Assembly (NCBI GenBank): GCA_963732595.1
Contig: CAVSZZ010000001.1
Coordinates: 287,007-351,006 of the forward strand
Direction of reading: 5' to 3'
DNA length: 64,000 nucleotides
From: an uncultured Chloroflexia bacterium
GTDB lineage: Bacteria > Chloroflexota > Anaerolineae > Anaerolineales > Anaerolineaceae
Translations under genes and position numbers: made by a program
In this document: positions 16,028-26,279 of the stretch, one piece after another
Layout of the letters: each line of letters begins with the position of its first letter
Numbering within the stretch: the first letter of the stretch is position 1
The notes under the pieces: generated by a model
The model's input: the letters and a program-made list of their open reading frames with translations, nothing else
Database searches by the model: none
Told to the model about the DNA's origin: nothing

Positions 16028-18790
16028 TTAAAGTAACTTGCGTTTATTCAAGTCGATGAATACTTTAACGATGCTGGGGTCAAATTTTTTGCCGCTCTCT
16101 TCTTCGAGATAGGCGATCATGCGATCCGGATCCCACTTGTCACGATAGCTGCGGTTGCTGCCCAGGGCATCCCATACATCCACAACAGAGAAGATGCGTG
16201 CCGCCAGCGGGATTTCCTCACCCTTCAAGCCGCGCGGGTAGCCCTGACCATCCCACCGTTCGTGATGGGCGTAAGGGATATCCAGAGAGGGTCTTAAGTA
16301 TTGGATCGGCTGTAACAGATCATAGGCATACTGTGGGTGGCGCTGGATGATCAGCCGCTCTTCCTCGGTCAAAGGTCCGGCTTTGTTTAATATATAATCC
16401 GGTATGCCCATCTTCCCAATATCATGAAGCAAGGCACCGCGGCGAATATTCACCAGGTCGTCCCCTGAAACGCCCAATTCCAATGCGAACCTGACCACGA
16501 TCATCGCCACGCGCTGTGTATGACCGATGGTTTCCTTGTCCCGCAGGTCCAGCGCTTTGACCCAACCTTCCAATGTGCTGTCATACGCGGCTGTGAGGTC
16601 TGCCAGCGCACGCTCCAGACGCTGGAACATCTCATCATTCTCAGTTGCAATGGCGGCCTGTCCGGCAAGTGTTTCATAAAATTCCATCCAGCCCGGATCC
16701 GGCTCCAGTGGGCTGCGATTGTAAACCTCGACCACACCCTTGACCTGCCCCTTGATGGTCATGGGGGTTGCGTACCCAACGACGAATCCTTCCTGTTGAA
16801 AGAGCCAAGGCAGGGAAGTATCCCCTTTATTGGCATCTGGCAGAATGATTGTCTGGCGATTAAGCACTGCTGTAGTAGCATGACTTTCACTCAGGCTGAT
16901 TTCGAGCGGCTTCTTATCAGGATAATTGAAACCGCGATCAGCCACGATGACCAATTTTTTCTCGATGGGATCATAGGTCAGGATACAGACAGCATCGACA
17001 TTCATCATATTCATGATCTGGTCCACGATAACCGAAAAGACGATGCGGGCGTCGAAACTGGATGAAATCACCACATCGATCGCATGCAGCGCGCTTACCC
17101 GCTGGACCTGCAGCTGGACGCGTTCTTCATTCTTCCTGAAATCGGTGATATCCTCACCGATGCAGGCGATACCGGTCACATCGCCGGTGATGTCCTTCAA
17201 CAGCGAAGTACTCCAGGAGATCAGGCGGGATGTTCCCTTGTTGGTCTTGATAACCGCTTCCAAATGCTGTGGCGCGCTTGTTAACAACTCGCCGATTTTC
17301 TCGTAATCAAAATTACTGGACTCCGGGTCCATAAAGCGTTTGAAAAATGACTCACCGATGACTTCCTGGCGGGTGTGGCCCGTTAGCTTCAGGAGGTAAT
17401 CGTTAATAAATTCCACCCGCCCTTCAGTATCCAGGATCATGGCAGCCAGATTAACAGTTTCAAGGAAATCCCTGAAGGATCTTTCAGTCACTTTCACTTT
17501 CTCCTCGGCCTGCTTCCTGACCGAGATATCCTTGATGTTTACCACAAATGCCCCGATCTCCGGGTCATCCAGCTGGTTGGTAACGATTGCCTGGATCCAG
17601 ATCCAAAGACCGTCCCTGGATTTCATGCGAACCTGATAGGTGCCGGTTTGATCGGGTGTCTTGCGCAGCTCGTCGAACACCTTGCGGACCTGGTCTTCAT
17701 CATCCGGGTGTACCAGCCGCCGGAGATCCAATCCCAGCCAATCATCCGAAGAATAGCCCAGAATGTTGGTGATCGAAGGACTGCAATAGAGATGCTTGTA
17801 ATCTGTGCTTAATAGTGTTATCGCATCCTGCGAGCGCTCGATCATCTTTCTGAAGCGGCTTTCACTACGGGCCAATTCTTCACCGGCCAATTTTCTTTCC
17901 GTGATATCCGTGTAATTGATCACCAATCCGCGAATGGATGGCTCTTTGACCAGGTTGGTGATGGTCCCTTCAAGCCATTTATATTCACCATTGGCGTGCT
18001 TCGCCCGCAGCTGCACTTCTACCATCGAGCCGGGCTTGTTCCCGACTTTCTTGAACTCTTTTTGAAGCATGGGCAGATCATCCGGATGGATGATCTCAAA
18101 GATATTCAAGCCGACTGCTTCCCTGTCCGTTCGGCCCAGGATGGCATAATTCGAAGGAGCCCGGTAGGTCACCTCCCCCTCTGTATTGATGATGAGGATC
18201 ATATCCCTGCTATTGCGTAACAGGTATTCGAATCGCTGTGAGGTATCAACCGGGACGCCCATCCGACCCTGTTCGCTGATCTCCTCAGATAATCTCCGGC
18301 TGCGATGCTTCATTTGTTCGATGATACCCTGTGCGTCTGCAATTGGCCTCTGGTAGAAAGCGGCAAATACTCCCACAACCTCCTTTTTCCAATTGCTGAT
18401 GGGATATGCTATTAAACCACGAATACCCCAATTTTGGATATATGGGTCTTCCCTGCAATATACCTTTGCACTCTTTTTATATACTTTAACATGATCGCTC
18501 TTAAGTATTTTACAGGGCGATTTGGTCAAGGGGTAAACAATATTCGGAATCCGTTTACCATCTTCCAAAATCGACAAGGTCTTGATATGTGAGCCGTCTT
18601 CCGCAATCACGCCCACAAAGCAGTAATCCGGCCTGGATGCGCCGTAAAACGACGACAGGATCCTATCCATTCTGGATTTCCCCAGAAGGCCACCCAAACC
18701 CATCATCCTTCGAAGTGTGCTCTCCGCCATTTCTTTCTGCAGCTTTTTGAAGCTGATTACATTGAAATTACAGCGTACCAAAGGATCCAA
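16028..18790 (-). CDS. Cytoplasmic multi-sensor HD-GYP phosphodiesterase (PAS x3, GAF, HD-GYP)
   Basis: 920 aa with no TM segments. Repeated PAS-like blocks, a GAF block, and C-terminal HDIGKMGIPDYILNK ... HHERWDGQGYP motifs of HD-GYP c-di-GMP phosphodiesterases. Confidence 0.8.
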   Translation of the reverse strand: MDPLVRCNFNVISFKKLQKEMAESTLRRMMGLGGLLGKSRMDRILSSFYGASRPDYCFVGVIAEDGSHIKTLSILEDGKRIPNIVYPLTKSPCKILKSDHVKVYKKSAKVYCREDPYIQNWGIRGLIAYPISNWKKEVVGVFAAFYQRPIADAQGIIEQMKHRSRRLSEEISEQGRMGVPVDTSQRFEYLLRNSRDMILIINTEGEVTYRAPSNYAILGRTDREAVGLNIFEIIHPDDLPMLQKEFKKVGNKPGSMVEVQLRAKHANGEYKWLEGTITNLVKEPSIRGLVINYTDITERKLAGEELARSESRFRKMIERSQDAITLLSTDYKHLYCSPSITNILGYSSDDWLGLDLRRLVHPDDEDQVRKVFDELRKTPDQTGTYQVRMKSRDGLWIWIQAIVTNQLDDPEIGAFVVNIKDISVRKQAEEKVKVTERSFRDFLETVNLAAMILDTEGRVEFINDYLLKLTGHTRQEVIGESFFKRFMDPESSNFDYEKIGELLTSAPQHLEAVIKTNKGTSRLISWSTSLLKDITGDVTGIACIGEDITDFRKNEERVQLQVQRVSALHAIDVVISSSFDARIVFSVIVDQIMNMMNVDAVCILTYDPIEKKLVIVADRGFNYPDKKPLEISLSESHATTAVLNRQTIILPDANKGDTSLPWLFQQEGFVVGYATPMTIKGQVKGVVEVYNRSPLEPDPGWMEFYETLAGQAAIATENDEMFQRLERALADLTAAYDSTLEGWVKALDLRDKETIGHTQRVAMIVVRFALELGVSGDDLVNIRRGALLHDIGKMGIPDYILNKAGPLTEEERLIIQRHPQYAYDLLQPIQYLRPSLDIPYAHHERWDGQGYPRGLKGEEIPLAARIFSVVDVWDALGSNRSYRDKWDPDRMIAYLEEESGKKFDPSIVKVFIDLNKRKLL

Positions 18791-18888
18791 AACACCGTAA
18801 CGATTTCAAAGAAGAGGATACTTGTATGTAGTTAAGAAATAGTCCTTTTCCCTCTATTTTATACTATTAACGAATAATAATACATATT

Positions 18889-18916
18889 TGAGAGGGCAAT
18901 CTCGATTGCCCTCTCA
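18889..18916 (-). terminator. Stem-loop downstream of the 18929-19582 gene
   Basis: Perfect inverted repeat gagagggcaat(c)/(g)attgccctctc located 13 nt after the stop codon. It is followed on the - strand by an A/T-rich stretch (aaatatgtattattatt) that is not a clean U-tract. Confidence 0.45.
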
Positions 18917-18928
18917 ATAATTACTTTG

Positions 18929-19582
18929 TCAGTTGGTCTTTTTACTCAACATCGCTCCAAGTGCCTGCATCAATGTGGTGGCAACAAGTGTCCCGGAATC
19001 CTTCCGATAGGGTGCCGTTTTGGTCGGCTCTGCCATCAGGGCTTCCATCAAGGCTGTTAGCGTATCCTTGCCTTCCTGTTTGGACTTCATGTACTCCATG
19101 CCGGCAGCAGCGATGGTTTGCCAATCGATGGTGGATTGACCGGAGCTGCTGGAGGGTGTCGTCTCGCCCGCACCGGTCAGGCTGCCCAACAGGGTGCCGA
19201 GCATATCCGTGGTTGCACTGCCGGTTTTCGAACTGGATTGGCCCCCACCCAGCAGGGTCTGGAGGAGTGTGGCGGCATTGTCCGCGTTAACGCTCTTGGC
19301 AGTGCGAAGTTCCCTGGCAGCCTGGTTCAAGGATTTGGAATAATACTGGGCAGATCCACTCTGCTTGGTACGCAACTGGGAGGCTGCGGTCTTGAGTTGT
19401 ACGGCAGGGGTGGCTGTGCTGTTCTGCTGCATGACATTGGCGATGGTGTTAAAGATATCCACCATGTTGTCGCCATGATCGTGATTGTAGGTGTCCGCTT
19501 GATTTAGCTGTGTCTGATTCTGCTCCATCACCTTGCTGACTGTTTGAAATAATTTAGCTAGATCGACCTCATTTGTAGCCAT
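18929..19582 (-). CDS. Hypothetical protein, possibly a degenerate DhaL/DAK2-like domain
   Basis: 217-aa helical, Ser/Thr/Gln-rich ORF. The segment LNQADTYNHDHGDNMVDIF resembles the DhaL motif L..LD..xGDGDHG.NM. Only a weak by-eye similarity. Confidence 0.4.
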   Translation of the reverse strand: MATNEVDLAKLFQTVSKVMEQNQTQLNQADTYNHDHGDNMVDIFNTIANVMQQNSTATPAVQLKTAASQLRTKQSGSAQYYSKSLNQAARELRTAKSVNADNAATLLQTLLGGGQSSSKTGSATTDMLGTLLGSLTGAGETTPSSSSGQSTIDWQTIAAAGMEYMKSKQEGKDTLTALMEALMAEPTKTAPYRKDSGTLVATTLMQALGAMLSKKTN

Positions 19583-19835
19583 TAATTCCTCTTTTCTGAT
19601 TTACGAAGAAGACAAGCAAGCCATTTTCGCAATTGGTTGCCCAAAGTGAGCCTTCGTTGTGGGTGGCCTGGTCAATTAAATAGACCAATTTCATTCAATC
19701 GGGTTCATTCACCTGGTTTCTCTTGCCCCTCCTGAGGGATTAATCGGATAATAACATAGAATACCGATAAAGCAAGAGGTATGAATTTATCATAGATTTA
19801 TTAACAATGCTCAGGCACGATGATAGAATTAACCG

Positions 19836-20569
19836 GTGAGCAACCAGCCGGTCGACCTTTGGACCATCCACCTCGAATCCCAGTTGCCTTATCTCAATAC
19901 GAATCTGAACCTGCTGTCAGACCAGGAAAAAGCCCGCCTGGACCGTTTTCATTTTATTGAAGATAAGCAGCAATATGCTGCGGCACATGTCGGCTTGCGT
20001 CGCATTTTAGCCGGCTATTTGTCCATCGATCCGAAAACCATCCGATTCACACTCAATTCGCATGCAAAACCGGCCGTGGTGGATGACCAGAACCAGAAGA
20101 GGCTGCATTTCAACCTCTCACATTCCAGGGGGCTGGCACTGGTCGCTGTCAGCATGCTGCGCCCGGTCGGTGTCGATGTGGAGAGGATCAAGCCGTTGAC
20201 CGATCACCTTAAACTGGCTGAACGCCATTTTGCACCTGATGAGGTCGCTGCATTAAAAAGCCTTGACCCGACTGCTTCACCGGCGGCCTTCATTCAACTG
20301 TGGGCAGGCAAGGAGGCTTTCGTCAAAGCCAGGGGCAGTGGCATGAGTCTGCCCCTTAATTCTTTCAGCCTGGCGGCTTTAATCTGCCAGGTCCGGACAG
20401 ATCAGAGTTGTACCTCCAGGATCCCAAGCGATGGCCGTCCTGGTGGATCTCAACGCTTCATTTACCCGGCAGCTATCTGGGTGCGGTGGCCTGTGCAGGG
20501 AGACAGCGGGGTCAGTTCAATTATCTGATCCGGATACAGACGCGAAATAACATCTTGAAGCTTAATTGA
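19836..20569 (+). pseudogene. Sfp-type 4'-phosphopantetheinyl transferase with a cryptic C-terminal frameshift
   Basis: GTG start. Motifs FNLSHS, GVDVE, WAGKEAFVKARG. After ~20380 the annotated frame becomes non-homologous, while the +2 frame reads LPGPDRSELYLQDPKRWPSWWISTLHLPGSYLGAVACAG, a typical PPTase C-terminus, ending at TGA 20567-20569. Confidence 0.6.
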
Positions 20570-20643
20570 ATTATTAAAAACCTCCCAGCACTTAACGGTA
20601 TAATGCCTTCTCTGGGAGGCCTGCGAAGACCTTGCCAACAACC

Positions 20644-21860
20644 ATGAAAGATATCCTCTCACTGAGAAATGATTTTCCCCTGCTGGAGACAACCGCCGGA
20701 CAAAAACCGGTCGTGTATCTCGATACAGCCTGCCAGAGCTTGCGTCCAAAAGTCGTGATGGCGGCCATCACACGCTATTATATGGAAGAGCCAGCCTGTG
20801 CCGGGCGCAGCATGCATCATCTGGCAGCCGCCGTCACGCGAGACGTCGATTCGGCGCGCAGCCTGATCGCCCGGCATCTCCACGCAGCCCGCAGCGAAGA
20901 GATCATCTTCACCCGCAATACCACCGAAGCCATCAACCTGGTTGCCAATTCCCTGGGATTGAAACGGGGTGATGTTGTCCTGATCTCCGACAAGGAACAC
21001 AATTCGAACCTGATCCCCTGGCAGCGATTGGCCAGGCGGGATGGGGTGATCATAAAAGTCATCCCCGGTTTGCCGGATAACACTTTCGATATGGCCGCCT
21101 ATGAAGCCGCTCTAAATGAGACAAGTCAAACTGGTGTCGATGGGCATGACTTCCAACCTGGATGGCGTGACCCTACCCGTGCAGGAAGTCATCCGGAAAG
21201 CCCACAAGCAGGGTGCTCTCGTGCTGTTGGACGCAGCCCAATCTGCACCTCATCAAAATCTAAATGTTAAAGCCCTGGATGTGGACTTCCTGGCTTTTTC
21301 AGGCCATAAGATGCTCGGTCCATCGGGCACGGGTATTCTTTACGGCAAATACAAACTGCTCGAAAGGTTGGAACCCTTCCTGGTGGGCGGAGACACCGTC
21401 TCTTCCTCGACCTACGAAACCTGTGAATTCCTGCCGCCTCCGGCCAAGTTCGAGGCGGGCCTGCAGGATTACGCCGGCATCATCGGACTGGATGCTGCTG
21501 TACAATATCTGAACGGGATCGGTTTCGATGCGATCCAAAAGCATGAATTGATGCTCAACGAATTCCTAACCCGGGAAACCAAGGGACTCGAAGGGATGCA
21601 TCTCATCGGTCCGGCCGATGCCCGGCTGCAGAGGCGGCATCTTCTCTTTCTATATTGACGGGTTGGATCATCATCGCATCGCTCTAATGTTGGACCAGAT
21701 GGCCGGCATCGTTGTTCGCTCCGGACAACATTGCGTGCACTCCTGGTTCCATGCGCGCGGCCTGGCAGGCTCGGTACGGGCATCCCTGTATTTTTATAAC
21801 TCCCTTCAGGATGTGGAAAGCCTGGTAGCCAATCTTCATAAGATCAGAAAGGTTCTCTAA
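20644..21860 (+). pseudogene. Class V aminotransferase / cysteine desulfurase (SufS/Csd-like), two frameshifts
   Basis: Three consecutive ORF pieces (20632-21270, 21116-21658, 21618-21860) tile one desulfurase: RNDFPLL start, SGHKMLGPSGTGILYG (PLP lysine), RSGQHC (active-site Cys). Frame switches lie near 21105-21125 and 21626-21634. Confidence 0.75.
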
Positions 21861-21866
21861 CCGATC

Positions 21867-22808
21867 ATGTTCTGCGTCATCTCCGCCATTGTCCTGTCCA
21901 TTATGGGACTCTTCAGCGCATCCAATCGGGTCCTCGCGAAGGAAGCCCTGGATTGCGTCTTCCGGCGTGTCACCCTGCGCCCCTGCAACACGGGATTCGA
22001 TCAAAAAATGAAAGCGCGCCTCCTGGGCATGGTGATCACCCGTTCAGAAAAAGCCGCGCGTTTCCTAAACCGGAATTTCGAATACATCGCCTGGATCTTC
22101 TTCGTCCTGCTTCTTTCCAGCGGCATCTTCACCCTGCGCGGGGTTTACCTGTTTTACACGACCGGTAGCTGCAACGGATTAAATGACACCGGGTTGTGTG
22201 TGTTCGATCCGACCGGCAAGAATAATGAAACGTCGATTATTGATGAAGGTTGCCGCCCGGGCGACCTCGTAACCGGTTCGGAGTTGACCCTCGAGTACAT
22301 CGACCTGTCCGGTTTTCCCGTACTCAACCCTGAGAACCCGGATCAGATCGTCTTCGTCGGCTGCTTCGCCTGCGATTACACCCGCAAAGCCTACCCGCTG
22401 GTCAAGGAACTGGTGGAGAAGACAGGTGCCAGCTTCACATTCCTTGAATACCAGGTCAAGGAACTATCGGACCTGGATGCCCGTTATGCGACCTGCGTCT
22501 ACCAGCAGGATCCAGCGCTCTACTGGGATTATGCCGATCAGCTGTTTGCCGCAGATAAAACCGACCTGGATAGTGAAGAATTCCTGAGTGAAACGGCCCG
22601 CTCAACCGGCCTTGACACGATCCAACTGGCGGCATGCGCCAGCGATCCGGCCACCGAGACCCTGGTTCAGGACCAGTTCAAGCAGATAACCTATACGAAC
22701 TTCCGGGGTACACCCACCGTATTCATTAATGGTAAAGCCCTGGTGGGTCCCAAACCCTATCGTGTCTATGCCATCATGTTGGATGGCTTCTTCTTCTGGT
22801 TTAAGTAA
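21867..22808 (+). CDS. Membrane-anchored DsbA/thioredoxin-fold thiol:disulfide oxidoreductase
   Basis: 313 aa with two N-terminal hydrophobic helices, then a thioredoxin-like domain with the CFAC (CxxC) motif and a C-terminal GTPTVFINGK motif typical of the DsbA family. Confidence 0.6.
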   Translation: MFCVISAIVLSIMGLFSASNRVLAKEALDCVFRRVTLRPCNTGFDQKMKARLLGMVITRSEKAARFLNRNFEYIAWIFFVLLLSSGIFTLRGVYLFYTTGSCNGLNDTGLCVFDPTGKNNETSIIDEGCRPGDLVTGSELTLEYIDLSGFPVLNPENPDQIVFVGCFACDYTRKAYPLVKELVEKTGASFTFLEYQVKELSDLDARYATCVYQQDPALYWDYADQLFAADKTDLDSEEFLSETARSTGLDTIQLAACASDPATETLVQDQFKQITYTNFRGTPTVFINGKALVGPKPYRVYAIMLDGFFFWFK

Positions 22809-22840
22809 TCTGACATCGGTCAATTCAGGAGGGCAGAGCA

Positions 22841-23470
22841 ATGAGCAAGACATTCAGCATGTGGCGCCCCCACCCCTGGCACGGGCTTGAGATCGGGCCT
22901 GAACCACCACGCATCGTTAATGCTTTTATCGAATTAACCCCCTTCGACCTGGTTAAATATGAGATCGACAAGAATTCAGGTTATCTGAGGGCCGATCGCC
23001 CCCAGCGGACATCCTCCCAGCCGCCTGCCCTGTACGGGTTCATCCCCCAAACGCTGTGCGCCGAGAATTTCAGAAAGCTTTCACCGCACGCCAAGCGTGG
23101 CGATGGCGACCCGCTGGATATCTGTGTGCTCTGTGAACGCCCGATCACCAAGGCTGAGATCATCCTGCATGCCAAGGTCGTAGGTGGTATCCAGTTGATC
23201 GACGATGATGAAGCGGATGACAAGATCGTGGCTGTCCTGCAGACCGATTTTGTTTACGGTCACATGGAGAACCTTTCAGAGCTGCCGCCAGTCCTGGTCG
23301 AAAGGCTCGAGCATTACTTCAGCACCTACAAACTCGTACCCGATCACAAGCAGCGCATCTACATCCACGAACACTACAATCAAGCGTATGCGCTTAAAGT
23401 CATCCAGGCTGCCATCCAGGATTACCACGAAGTGTTCGGTTTACAGGATCCATCCATCCTCGCCAAATAA
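22841..23470 (+). CDS. ppa: Inorganic pyrophosphatase, family I
   Basis: 209 aa. AGGAGG RBS. Motifs ..VKYEIDK..G.L..DR.., [24 protein letters not shown] are diagnostic of soluble family I PPase. Confidence 0.85.
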   Translation: MSKTFSMWRPHPWHGLEIGPEPPRIVNAFIELTPFDLVKYEIDKNSGYLRADRPQRTSSQPPALYGFIPQTLCAENFRKLSPHAKRGDGDPLDICVLCERPITKAEIILHAKVVGGIQLIDDDEADDKIVAVLQTDFVYGHMENLSELPPVLVERLEHYFSTYKLVPDHKQRIYIHEHYNQAYALKVIQAAIQDYHEVFGLQDPSILAK

Positions 23471-23542
23471 CCGCCCAGTGCGGATTCCAATACAGGTATA
23501 ATGATTTCAAAAGGCTGATCGGAGGAACGTGGTGGCGCACGC

Positions 23543-24853
23543 ATGATGTCTGATCCCAATCCGACCCGTCAGCGCGCAATCGATGAGCTTAAAGCGCTGA
23601 CCAAAGTTGCAGCAGCATTGGTTTCACCCAAGGATTTACCCGAGCTGCTCCAGGGGGTGATGCAATCCATCATAGAAGCGCTCAAACAAGCCGATATCGG
23701 AACGATCATGCTGTGGGATGAGCCCGGCAGCTGTTTTCGCCCGATCTCAGCATACGGTCTCAATCCAGGGCTTCTCGATGAAATAAAATTACATGCAGGT
23801 GAGTCCATAACCGGTAAGGTGTTCAACTCCGGTCAGGCTTGCCTGTTTTCCACCAGCGGGGATGTGTCTGAAGCCATGTCCGACATGGATCCCCACACCC
23901 GCCAGGTCATGATACGGGCGGCCGGGACAGATGCCATCCCACAATGTGTCATTGCGGCCCCGATCTCCGTGGCTGGGCAAAAATACGGGGTTCTTATCCT
24001 CGAAAGCATTCAAACAGATAATCCTTTTACCGATCAGGATCTCCCTTTTATCCAGACGCTGGCTGATTTAATTGCCCTGGCCGTTGACCGTTCAAGGCTC
24101 GAGATCCGCAATGGGGCGGATCGTGAATCCCTGCGGGTGGATCACCTGAGGAGCGAAGTGCTCGGCACGCTTTCCCATGAGCTTCGCCTGCCACTAGCCA
24201 CCATCCGAGGTTATGCCACGGCCATGCTGCTGGAAGAGGTAACCTGGAGCGAGGATAAGAAATTGGAGTTTCTGCGCCAGATCGAAAGCGCATGTGATGA
24301 CATGGATGGCATGTTGAAAGCGATCCTGGATTCTTCCCTGATCGCTGCTGATCAACTGGAGCTGGAGCTGCAGCCCGTGCGTTTGCAGCATGTCGCCAAC
24401 GAGATTGCCGGAGAGATCGAATATCGCAGTCCCGCGCATCACCCGGTGGTGGATTTTCCGAGCGACTTTCCGCTCATCTCAGCTGATCTGCACTGGATCA
24501 GGCAGGTATTCCGTAACCTGATCGATAATGCCATAAAATACTCACCCAATGGAGGTCTGATCGTTATCCGGGGTGAAGCCCGCGCTGACGATGTGGTGGT
24601 TAACATCTCCGACCAGGGCGTTGGTATCTCTCCCGAGCATTTGATCCCATTATTTGAAAAATATTTCAGGGTCCGGAATGCTGCCACCCTGCATATCTCC
24701 GGAACCGGGTTGGGCCTTCCGATCGCGCGCGCGATCGTTGAGGCACACGCGGGTCATATCTGGGTCGACAGTCATCTCGATGAGGGCACGACCATCTCCT
24801 TTTCCCTGCCCATTGATCGTAAACAGACCTCTCCAAAGAGGAAGGCGTCATGA
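23543..24853 (+). CDS. Cytoplasmic GAF-domain sensor histidine kinase
   Basis: 436 aa. N-terminal GAF-like domain, H-box SHELRLPLATIRGY, N-box NLIDNAIKYSP, G-boxes DQGVGI and GTGLGLPIA. No TM segments. Confidence 0.85.
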   Translation: MMSDPNPTRQRAIDELKALTKVAAALVSPKDLPELLQGVMQSIIEALKQADIGTIMLWDEPGSCFRPISAYGLNPGLLDEIKLHAGESITGKVFNSGQACLFSTSGDVSEAMSDMDPHTRQVMIRAAGTDAIPQCVIAAPISVAGQKYGVLILESIQTDNPFTDQDLPFIQTLADLIALAVDRSRLEIRNGADRESLRVDHLRSEVLGTLSHELRLPLATIRGYATAMLLEEVTWSEDKKLEFLRQIESACDDMDGMLKAILDSSLIAADQLELELQPVRLQHVANEIAGEIEYRSPAHHPVVDFPSDFPLISADLHWIRQVFRNLIDNAIKYSPNGGLIVIRGEARADDVVVNISDQGVGISPEHLIPLFEKYFRVRNAATLHISGTGLGLPIARAIVEAHAGHIWVDSHLDEGTTISFSLPIDRKQTSPKRKAS

Positions 24854-25599
24854 CCAAAAAAGAGCGCGTCCTGGTAGTCGATGATGAACCCCGGCTGATC
24901 ACCCTGGTACGTGAAATACTCAACGCGACCGGTTATGAGGTTAGCGCCGCCTCAAGCGGCCTGCATGCCATCGAAGCCGTTGCCATCGAAAAGCCTTCCC
25001 TGGTACTCCTGGATATCATGCTGGTCGGCGGTATCGATGGGTATGAGGTCGCCCGCCGTATCCGTCAATTTTCGACAGTCCCGATCATCATGCTGACAGC
25101 CAAGGTCACCGAATCTGATCTGTTGAGAGGCTTCGAGTCAGGCGCCGATGACTATATTACAAAACCATTTTCATCCAAAGAACTGCTCGCACGTATCCGG
25201 GCGGTATTAAAACGATCCCAGGATGAAAAGGAAAACGCTTCGGATGCTGTGATCGTCTGTGGTTTGCTGAGAATCGAGCTGGCTCGCAGGAGGGTGACCC
25301 TGGAAGGGCACGAGATCAAGCTGACCTCAACCGAATACCGGTTATTACACGAGCTGGTCATCCACCGCAACCAGGTCATGCTGCACGAACAACTTTTAAC
25401 CAACATCTGGGGCGAGGAATATCGTGGGGATCTTGAATACCTCCGTACTTATATCCGTCATCTGCGTTCGAAACTCGAGGTAGACCCAACCCATCCAAAA
25501 TTAATCATTCGAAGCCGGGGTGTCGGGTATATGTTCGTTTGCCCTGAATCCGGCGATCTGAAAACACCTGGTCTGGATCAGCGTATTCCAATCTCCTGA
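24850..25599 (+). CDS. OmpR/PhoB-family response regulator (receiver + winged helix)
   Basis: ATGA start/stop overlap with the kinase gene. Receiver motifs VLVVDDE, LLDIML, MLTAK. C-terminal LTSTEYRLLHEL...RGVGYMF winged-helix domain. Confidence 0.9.
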   Translation: MTKKERVLVVDDEPRLITLVREILNATGYEVSAASSGLHAIEAVAIEKPSLVLLDIMLVGGIDGYEVARRIRQFSTVPIIMLTAKVTESDLLRGFESGADDYITKPFSSKELLARIRAVLKRSQDEKENASDAVIVCGLLRIELARRRVTLEGHEIKLTSTEYRLLHELVIHRNQVMLHEQLLTNIWGEEYRGDLEYLRTYIRHLRSKLEVDPTHPKLIIRSRGVGYMFVCPESGDLKTPGLDQRIPIS

Positions 25600-25629
25600 T
25601 TCCTCTCAGAGTATGTTGAAAGTCGGAAG

Positions 25630-25649
25630 TATTTTCACACTATTTTCAC
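25630..25649 (+). promoter_or_regulatory. Direct repeat TATTTTCAC-N2-TATTTTCAC (11-bp period), candidate OmpR-type regulator binding site
   Basis: Identical 9-mers at 25630-25638 and 25641-25649, 31 nt after the response-regulator stop and ~150 nt upstream of the redox operon start. Confidence 0.4.
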
Positions 25650-25801
25650 GTAACGGCATTCCTTTTTCATCCATTCATCACCTGATCGGTCTAAACTGAA
25701 TACTGGCACTCGTCGTCGCAAGACGATGCGATGATACACATCCGCAAGGTTACCGGGTACTACAGCGCAGCGTTTCACCTTGACCAGCAGGAGAGTGTTG
25801 A

Positions 25802-26278
25802 TTGCCAGTTAAAATAGATGAAATTAATGAAATCATCAACAAGGAGGCCGTGGGGGATGGCTCACTGATCGCCGCCCTGGAGGAAATTCAGGAACGATTT
25901 CGATACCTTCCTGCTGAAGCCTTGATCCTGGCCAGTGAACGTCTGGGGGTGCCGCTTTCCCAGGCATACAGCGTAGCCACCTTTTATAACGCATTCAGCC
26001 TGAAACCTAAGGGTAAACACTGCCTGCATGTCTGCATGGGCACGGCCTGCCATGTGCGGGGCAGCCCTCAGGTACTCGACCGGCTCGAAGCCAAACTGGG
26101 GATCAAGGCCGGGCAGACCACCCGTGATCACCTGTTCACACTGGAAACAGTCAACTGCCTGGGTGCCTGCGCGCTTGGACCGATTGTGGTCACGGATGGC
26201 GAATATTCCGGTCAGATGACCACTGTCAAGACCGACCGCTTGATCAAATCCCTGCTGCAGACTGAGGCCGAGGAATGA
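25802..26278 (+). CDS. NuoE/HoxE/HydC-like thioredoxin-fold [2Fe-2S] protein
   Basis: TTG start 7 nt after AGGAGAG. Cys motif CLHVCMGTAC ... CLGAC (C-x4-C-x35-C-x3-C), as in NuoE/HndA/HydC. Confidence 0.8.
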   Translation: MPVKIDEINEIINKEAVGDGSLIAALEEIQERFRYLPAEALILASERLGVPLSQAYSVATFYNAFSLKPKGKHCLHVCMGTACHVRGSPQVLDRLEAKLGIKAGQTTRDHLFTLETVNCLGACALGPIVVTDGEYSGQMTTVKTDRLIKSLLQTEAEE

Positions 26279-26279
26279 C

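Noticed and set aside
19801-19829. TTAACA-17-TAGAAT promoter-like element ending only 6 nt before the PPTase GTG start.
   Set aside because: It would imply a nearly leaderless mRNA starting at GTG, which is unusual. The support is too weak to list it as a feature.
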